52,459 nucleotides of DNA from Phoronis australis (taxonomy: Eukaryota; Animalia; Phoronida), in contig NMRA01000006.1 of NCBI GenBank assembly GCA_002633005.1, positions 735,998 to 788,456 on the forward strand. Direction: 5' to 3'. Made by a program: the position numbers and the translations under genes. Within the stretch, counting starts at the first letter, position 1; each line of letters opens with the position of its first letter. The notes below the pieces were generated by a model. The model was given only the letters and a program-made list of their open reading frames with translations, was not told the origin of the DNA and did no database searches. This document shows positions 46,601 to 52,459 of the stretch, in pieces.

Positions 46601-49600
46601 AACCAATAGGAATTTTTGTGAGAGTAAAATCTCTGGTGTTGCATGTTTTAGCACAAGTTGGTGCATTCTATTGTGCTTGGCAACAATCATTACGAAACAT
46701 TACTGAACAATCAGTGGTTTTCTTTAAAGTTGGTGAACTTTATCACTGGGGATGCTGTACATCTAAAATCATGAAGAAATTTGTTAGAAAATTTACCAGA
46801 AATTAGTCAAAAGTCAATCGAGAATTCTGAAAAAAGAGAATAAGTTTCTCTTTCACACAATAGTGCAGAAAATAAGCAAAACTAAACTGTTGTCTAAGAG
46901 TACATCAAATAAACAGTCTCAGCTGGCGTTGACAGTTACCTTGGCTCTGTATGGACTTTGCTTGCCAGAATGCTTTGCACGTTTTAGAAATCAGTCGGGG
47001 ACAGTTCCATACTATCTTAAAGTCAATTTTAAAGTCTAAAATTGCTGATTTGTGTGATAACCCCAGTGTGATGCAGATAATACTTGGTCCTGTGTTTCTG
47101 TGATCAGTCAAATATGCCAACTCTTTTCACCCACATATGTTGCTACCAGAGCAACACGTAATGTGCGCTGTGACAGGACAGTCAGCAACTTTTACCCATT
47201 AAGATCTAATAAGTGCAGCGGACAAGATTTAATCTGTGCTGCATGGATAATTTACTGTGATGTGCTCACAGTGGCTGTTTAATTGTGCCAATCATGCATG
47301 CACCGTCCAACGTGAATAATGACTGATTTCAAAGTTTGGACAATGTTATTTGATATTTATTAATGAAAGACCAAACCTTTCAAAAATTGTTGCAAACAAA
47401 TTTTTAAGAGTTAAGATTACATTTTCTTTCAAAAATTGAGAAGACACGTTATTAACATGTTGTGGGAATACATCATTCAATTAGAAATGAATGTTTATGA
47501 CAGATTGATACTTGGCAAAGTATTGAACATTTTGGCATGATGCTGAGTTATACCGTACCCATTTTTTTGTTATTTCTGACTGTTGTTATCTCCCCTTGTG
47601 TCAAACTATTCAATAATTGAATGACATGAATTAAATAGGCAACTGTATTATCCAATTGTCTGTGCATTGTGTTTAGGTGGGTGGATATAATGATCTCTTT
47701 GTTTTGTTCTGATCTGCTGTTAGACAATAGCGGAGTTGCAACGCCGCCATATTGGAAATGGGTCAGAATGTTGCATTGTGGTTAAGCCGGTAAACAAGTA
47801 CGTCGACAAGCGTGGGGGCGAACCGTCCACAGGGAGGTTATACGTGTTGTGTGCCTGGCATGCTATATACCAGTTAGCGAGATAAAAAGTTTAGTTACCA
47901 CCTGTTTCCCAAGGATCAAGAACTGCGTTAAACATGGGTCAGCGACATTGGTAGAGCTGCTAGCAAAGGCCAACTTCGTGAATTCTTTCCGTCTTGGTAG
48001 CATAAAGTATGCAGCGCTCATTTTGAGGGCGGCAAGACTCAGAAAAACGTATCTTGGAATCTGCCCAACAATATCTCCCTTCAAAGAAACAGTAACAAAA
48101 TACTCTACGGCGGTTGGTAGTGGAAAAAACTTGTTTTCGCTTGACCAGAACCAAGCCAACTTGAGGATAATGCCTCTGCACAATCACCTGTTCTGGGTCA
48201 ACTCACTTAACGTTCGCACACTATATGCATTACGCGCTAGGATAAAGCGTGCAGAATATTATTATTTACTTTCTACAAAATTGTGGTGCATTACTATCAA
48301 AATTCGTTGTTAAATTACGATCATTTTTCATAAAATTGTGTTGAAGTCCCAGGGCGAAATCTTGCCTACAAATGCGTACTCCTGCTGGTCTCGCAATCGT
48401 CGATAGGGCTTGAATTCTTGAATAAGAATACAGCTTCGACCACTCAACAAATTACCTGAAATCCTCCTCAAGTTTTCCAAATAGCGTCTCTAAGATTTTT
48501 AAGTTCTTGTGGAGTCTGGATTAACTGCAGATTAAGTCCAAATCTGCGCTAGACTGTAGCCCCCAACACGATAAAAATCTCTGGAAGAACACACATGTTG
48601 TCACGTGACGTTTGTTTTGAAGTTTGTATGCGTGTGTGGGACAGTAAGCGTGCGTGTGCTTGTCATCAGAGTTCATTTGCCAGAGTAATGTAATGATCTA
48701 GGTGTGCATTGTATCCAAAGAAATTAAGTCAAGCCAGTCAAGCAGAGTGTGTTTTAATATTTAGCTTAGCACTTGCTGGCCTCATCTGCTAAAAACGTTT
48801 GAGAATTTTTTTGGTAAGACCGATATGTCACTCATTGAGTCACCGGGTGAGTGGATGCGTGACCGTAGTGTAACAGCTATTTTCTGGAAGATTTGAGGTG
48901 TAAGGGTGCGAAGTGGGTCATTTTGACCTTAAAAACACCAATTACGATTAGTTAAATAATTTCTCTTAAAAATAATGCAAAAGTTTTTTACGGTATTAGA
49001 AACTTTCGGAAATTAGTGCCAATATTTATTTGCCGATGCTATGACTATGTTACCCGTTTCATGAATAGATAGTTTCCGACTAAATGTCTTCGATGACAGC
49101 CAGTACATTATGCAGCGCGCGCTTCTTGGCCGCGGGCTAACACTGGTCGATTTTTTACTAGTCTTCGATTCACGGTTTTCACGTGTACAAAGAAGTTTGG
49201 ATTCCTGTTGAGGCCGGAGAAGATCTGTACCGGAAAGAAACAATGCAAGGCCGCTGACGAGTACGCTGCATCTCTTTTCAAAGTCCACACCCGCGTAGTA
49301 GGGCACATCCCTCGCAAGAGTAGCAAAACTCATTTTGCGTTCTTTTTGAATCGGGGTGTAAGTTTGAAGTGTATACGGACATAACGGTGAGGCTCGTGGT
49401 CTACAAATTCAGGACTGTCGGAACTTTCAATTGATAAATTGGAGACGTTAGAACTGTAGGTAAGGCATTTTTTGCATGTAGTTCATGGGCTGGGCGCTTA
49501 TTTTAGCAAAGTCTGAAAATGCGTTGGGGCACTTGTTGGGGCATGGGCGCTTATTAGGGCGAATAGCGGCAGAATTGCATACAGCAGCGTAGTTTAATGC

Positions 49601-50430
49601 ACACAAATCACATGTCATGCAAACCAATCGGTCATTCCATTTACCCTAATCAATCCCAATAGCCTTTGCGCACCCTAATTCCCTGACATGCGCAATCGTT
49701 AAATCGATTCGGTTGCAACTCCGCTATTAGAACAAACTCTCATGACTCGACTTTGGCCAGCGTAACACTTCACAGAAATTTCATTAATTCTTTTATGGTT
49801 GGACGTTTTTTTATGAAATAAACATATAAATTCAGTAAAAATGAGCTTAATGTTTTTAGAATTCCAAGAGGCAAAATTTTGAGGTGGCTCAAGCACTCAG
49901 TTCGATTTTCACAGTGATGGGTGTGAGGGACCGCCTACTGAAATGTAGGTCAGAAGATTCCTACAAAGAGGAATTGATTGAAGGTGTGAAGTTGATGGCC
50001 GCACATAAAAGTGACTTATCAGCCAATCCTGAGGTTTTGGTGAGCTATGGTCGCTTAGACTTGGACGTTAATGTCGAACTTTGTATGCAAGTCACGCCAA
50101 TTTTATTTTATACATGAAATTGTGATTGGTAAAATCTTTATCTGGATGGTCAGCAAAATGGAAATTCGTATCATTTTGTGCTTCTATTTTTTTGACAAAC
50201 TAGAGATTTAAAATTTTAAAAAGTTTACTGCCTTATTTTTTCTGTTCAAATACCAGCTCTTCCTGCAGTGTATGTAGATATCTTCTCTAAAGTTTGTGAC
50301 TGAGGCAAGTTGGGATTGTTTTGCTTACAGACAACTTCGCCATTCGGTGAGAAATGGTGGCCAATTGGTTATAACATGTGGCGAGACTTGAGGCGAAGGG
50401 TGCCAAAATGGCCGTCAGACTTTACTGATG
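37434..50430 (+). CDS. SLC4A11: SLC4A11/BTR1-like (band 3 family) transporter, N-terminal cytoplasmic domain exons; continues beyond window
   Basis: Exons (37434-37643 tentative), 43087-43294, 45485-45569, 46311-46449, 49860-50039, 50331-50430 join in frame; motifs VLLNVRET, QSWIC, RLHHAANLG..SQEIEFITLILGP, DLRRRVPKWPSDFTDG. Confidence 0.8.
38006..38151. repeat. Minisatellite, 3 x 50 bp
   Basis: TGCTTGCTAGTCTGGGACTAGGG..TAAGGTATCGAAG repeated with period 50. Confidence 0.95.
38507..38747. repeat. Diverged tandem duplication, 2 x ~120 bp
   Basis: AACTAAAAT..CATCAAACTTT...GCTGTTTTTCAGTGTGA...CAAGTTGTGTCCT...TGTATTTATAAC...GTGTCACCAT twice. Confidence 0.75.
39026..40740 (+). mobile_element. 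Second Helentron/HINE-like element (family H2) with internal ~305-310-bp tandem repeat
   Basis: T-run then hairpin TACTTGGCGGAATTC-TTC-GAATTCCGTCAAGTA (39030-39062), poly(T) 39081-39107, CpG-rich body, three units starting TAGATAGAG at 39777, 40087, 40392; right limit approximate. Confidence 0.55.
42093..42733. repeat. Spaced direct repeat, ~130 bp x 2 (42093-42228, 42601-42733)
   Basis: GGTACGCCATGAGCTATGTTGCAGAGTAAAAC...AATAATGTCATTTATTATGACGTAAATAGAAAGAACTAAAATAAGACTCTGCA twice. Confidence 0.9.
43087..43294 (+). CDS. SLC4A11: SLC4A11-like exon
   Basis: ttttag/gtaaga; EVHTTLFQDFVTE...SVVLLNVRETNLQKLI...ELF. Confidence 0.75.
43372..45084 (+). mobile_element. Helentron-associated (HINE/DINE-1-like) element, family H1 copy 2
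   Basis: 5' TTTTTATGCGCCCACA subTIR with adjacent inverted copy, (C/G)TCC/GTCT microsatellite, three ~450-bp higher-order units (TTTACGTTTACC at ~43579, ~44030, ~44475), 3' TGTGGGCGCA subTIR and CTCTTGTT end. Confidence 0.75.
45485..45569 (+). CDS. SLC4A11: SLC4A11-like exon
   Basis: ttgcag/gtaagc; LSRVFQGVQYTEVGGFDRNQSWICT. Confidence 0.82.
45945..46241 (+). mobile_element. H1 HINE, short internally deleted copy 3
   Basis: Same 5' TTTTTATGCGCCCACATATT and 3' GTGGGCGCATTTCAACGCTCCGCGTTGCTCTTGT termini, no central array. Confidence 0.75.
46311..46449 (+). CDS. SLC4A11: SLC4A11-like exon
   Basis: tttcag/gtaagt; RLHHAANLGGSSQEIEFITLILGP. Confidence 0.82.
47833..48075 (+). pseudogene. Decayed THAP domain (not in ORF track)
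   Basis: GGYTCCVPG...S*RDKKFSYHLFPKDQELR*TW...IGR...W*HKVCSAHFEGGK then frameshift to TYLGICPTI. Confidence 0.8.
49388..49569 (-). mobile_element. Partial copy of the 4548-4989 mariner-type MITE nested in the ISL2EU-like element
   Basis: rc matches CAGACTTTGCTAAAATAAGC, GCCTTACCTACAGT, AATTTGTAGACCACGAGCCTCAC. Confidence 0.7.
49860..50039 (+). CDS. SLC4A11: SLC4A11-like exon
   Basis: ttttag/gtgagc; EVAQALSSIFTVMGVRDRLLKCRSEDSYKEEL. Confidence 0.75.
50331..50430 (+). CDS. SLC4A11: SLC4A11-like exon
   Basis: ttacag/gtaagt; WRDLRRRVPKWPSDFTDG (band-3 family DxxRRxxxYxSDxxDG motif). Confidence 0.85.
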
Positions 50431-51818
50431 GTAAGTGACAGTTGATTGTTGATCTGACATTCAGCACTTTTTGGCTTAAAGAGATGAATATTTTCGACTG
50501 ATAACCAACTTGATTTTTTAAAAAATGTTTTCTTTTGATTTACAATTTACTTTGATTCAGCGGATTTCCAAACACTTTGTTTTGGTGACAGCTATTTACT
50601 GTATAACTGACTGTGTACTCTATTTTTATATGTCATAGAGTTCAATCCAAAACAGGAATAGCATACACTTATAATCATGGAGCAGCAATTGAATAATTGT
50701 GGTATGTCAGAAAATTTATGGGTGTTAAGTGATGAAGAATGTGCCACTATTATGACGTCATTTGGGCCTGGAAAAGGAATTATAGAAATGCACGGTCACA
50801 CCACATTGCCAAAAGTGTCACAGGTCTTAGATACATTTCCCAGGGTATTCGGGTAACCACGGGAGCATTTTAATACTTGAACCTTTTACAAAATTATGTG
50901 TTTGGATAAATCGGTGTTGGCTGAAAATATTTGTACATTTAAGATTGACCAGGCCCAATGCTTGGTAACAATTTTCAAAGTACTATGTCCAATTATAATT
51001 GTTGTTTTTTAACTTTTGGCATTTTAAGTTTATTTGACTGGGTTCAAAACATCAAAAATGAGGTCATATTAAACAAGCCCATGTTCCCATGTTTATATTT
51101 TAGTATGTTTAAAAACTGGCTGTCGTGTGCCCTTGATTAATAAAAACATTCACTCGATTTAACAATTGAGGGCAGTGACTAAGACCCATGATTATTGTTT
51201 TAATCAGTTGTTCCTTCAAGACTTTTTAGATTAAAAAAAGCAGTGCAGGTGGTCTGATGTCATTTGTGGTGCATCAGACGTGCGCAGGCCTCATGGTTGG
51301 GCCCATTGCACAAAACACCTGAGCAAAAGCACGAGAGCCTAATTAGGGCTCCTCGTGAAGAAAGTTTTCAAGTCTACCAGTCTCCTTTAGGAAAACGAAC
51401 AGATGTTTCCATTTGTTGCCATGCACTATATGTTGTAGGCATGTAACAGTGCCATCCAGTAGGTTGCTCCTTAGCCTAGGAAAGCTGGGCAAGACTCTAC
51501 CAGGTGTTTAGGAGTTTCTACGTCAGTACCACACTCGAGACACACAGGGCTCCTCAGTAATATGTCTGTGTCGGGCTAGGTTGCAGTGGCCCGTCAAAAT
51601 TTGAATGACGTGTCTTGTACCCAATCTATCTAGACTCAGAAGAAGGTTGTTTGAACCTTTTGGTTCGATCACGCTAGGAAAATTCTCCTTGGTCTCTCTG
51701 CAGGAGTTAAGTGATTGTCAGACGATGGTCTGTGTGGGTTTGTTTAAAAGGTAGCTATGCTTTGAAGTTGTGCGTAGATGTAGAGTGAATAATCAAATCC
51801 AGTAATTAATTTATTATA

Positions 51819-52459
51819 TGATAACCCCTAATTAGACAAATGAAACCTATTGTTAATTAAGTAATCAACTACAAAGAGAAACTACGCTAGCGCCCTCTTT
51901 AAAGATTACTTTAATCAAACAACTAAACGATCAAATGTCTTATCTGCTATCCAAGCTAGGACTCTCCACTTGTCGGATGTCTGTCCTGTTGGTGAATCCT
52001 CGAACTACACACACACTGTATAGCGGCAGTGTACTCGCTGGTCTACGTCTTTGGTGATTCAACACTTGCAGGCAATTTCTTCTACCCGCGACTCTTCTTG
52101 CTGGTCACAGTCTCTGGCTGATGACGCAACACTTCAGGTAGTATCTTACTACCCACAATGCAAGTGACAAGCTCTTAGTTAACTTCCGGTTCGTTAACCC
52201 TTGCCCTTGCCAAGATCCTTTCTAGAATCTTCCACGAGATGGCTCTGTCGTACAACTGCTTCTGTACACTGTAGCAAGTCTTTATGCTTCAACTACTATA
52301 GCGCATCTGATTATCTTGCTGATTTCAGCCCATAATATAACATTCTACTTATTTAGTGATTGGCTAATAAAAACCACATGATCATATCCACTCGTATTAT
52401 TGGCTGTTACAATTTGTTCTCAGAATATTCTAGAATCTCTAGAGTACTTTGACCCCAGA
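51819..52459 (-). mobile_element. Possible LTR running off the window end
   Basis: Abrupt TGATAAC start (...GTTATCA on - strand), ATTAAA ~90 bp inside on - strand, repeated TCTAGAATCT motifs; other end not visible. Confidence 0.3.

Larger units (their letters stand above)
47729..49725 (+). mobile_element. ISL2EU/Harbinger-group-like non-autonomous DNA transposon
   Basis: Perfect 14-bp TIR AGCGGAGTTGCAAC flanked by AT both sides; decayed THAP domain near the left end. Confidence 0.7.

Noticed and set aside
47849-48313. 154-aa ORF in ORF track
   Set aside because: Mostly the wrong frame of the decayed THAP pseudogene

Overview
AT-rich, intron-rich eukaryotic (metazoan, probably marine invertebrate; taxon is inference) genomic scaffold with a single-N join (5909) and a 401-N gap (27334-27734). 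Four spliced host genes are visible: a complete 7-exon CLCC1/MCLC-like chloride channel (+, 2260-12015), UROD (-, 9 exons, 14732-26623, start exon not seen), one internal exon of NDUFB7 (+, 27825-27993) and the 5' part of an SLC4A11-like transporter (+, ~37434 to beyond the window end). Introns and intergenic DNA are packed with transposons: TTAA-flanked Kolobok-type elements (one nested in another, carrying convergent THAP-transposase and Cys-rich KolX/P2X7-ballast-like remnants), Helentron/HINE-like elements whose internal tandem arrays carry 8-11 co-oriented CTCF-like motifs, an ISL2EU-like element, Harbinger-, mariner- and hAT-like MITEs, and a young 5'-truncated L1-clade LINE with intact ORF end, poly(A) and 16-bp TSD. 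All calls were made by eye; no database searches were run.
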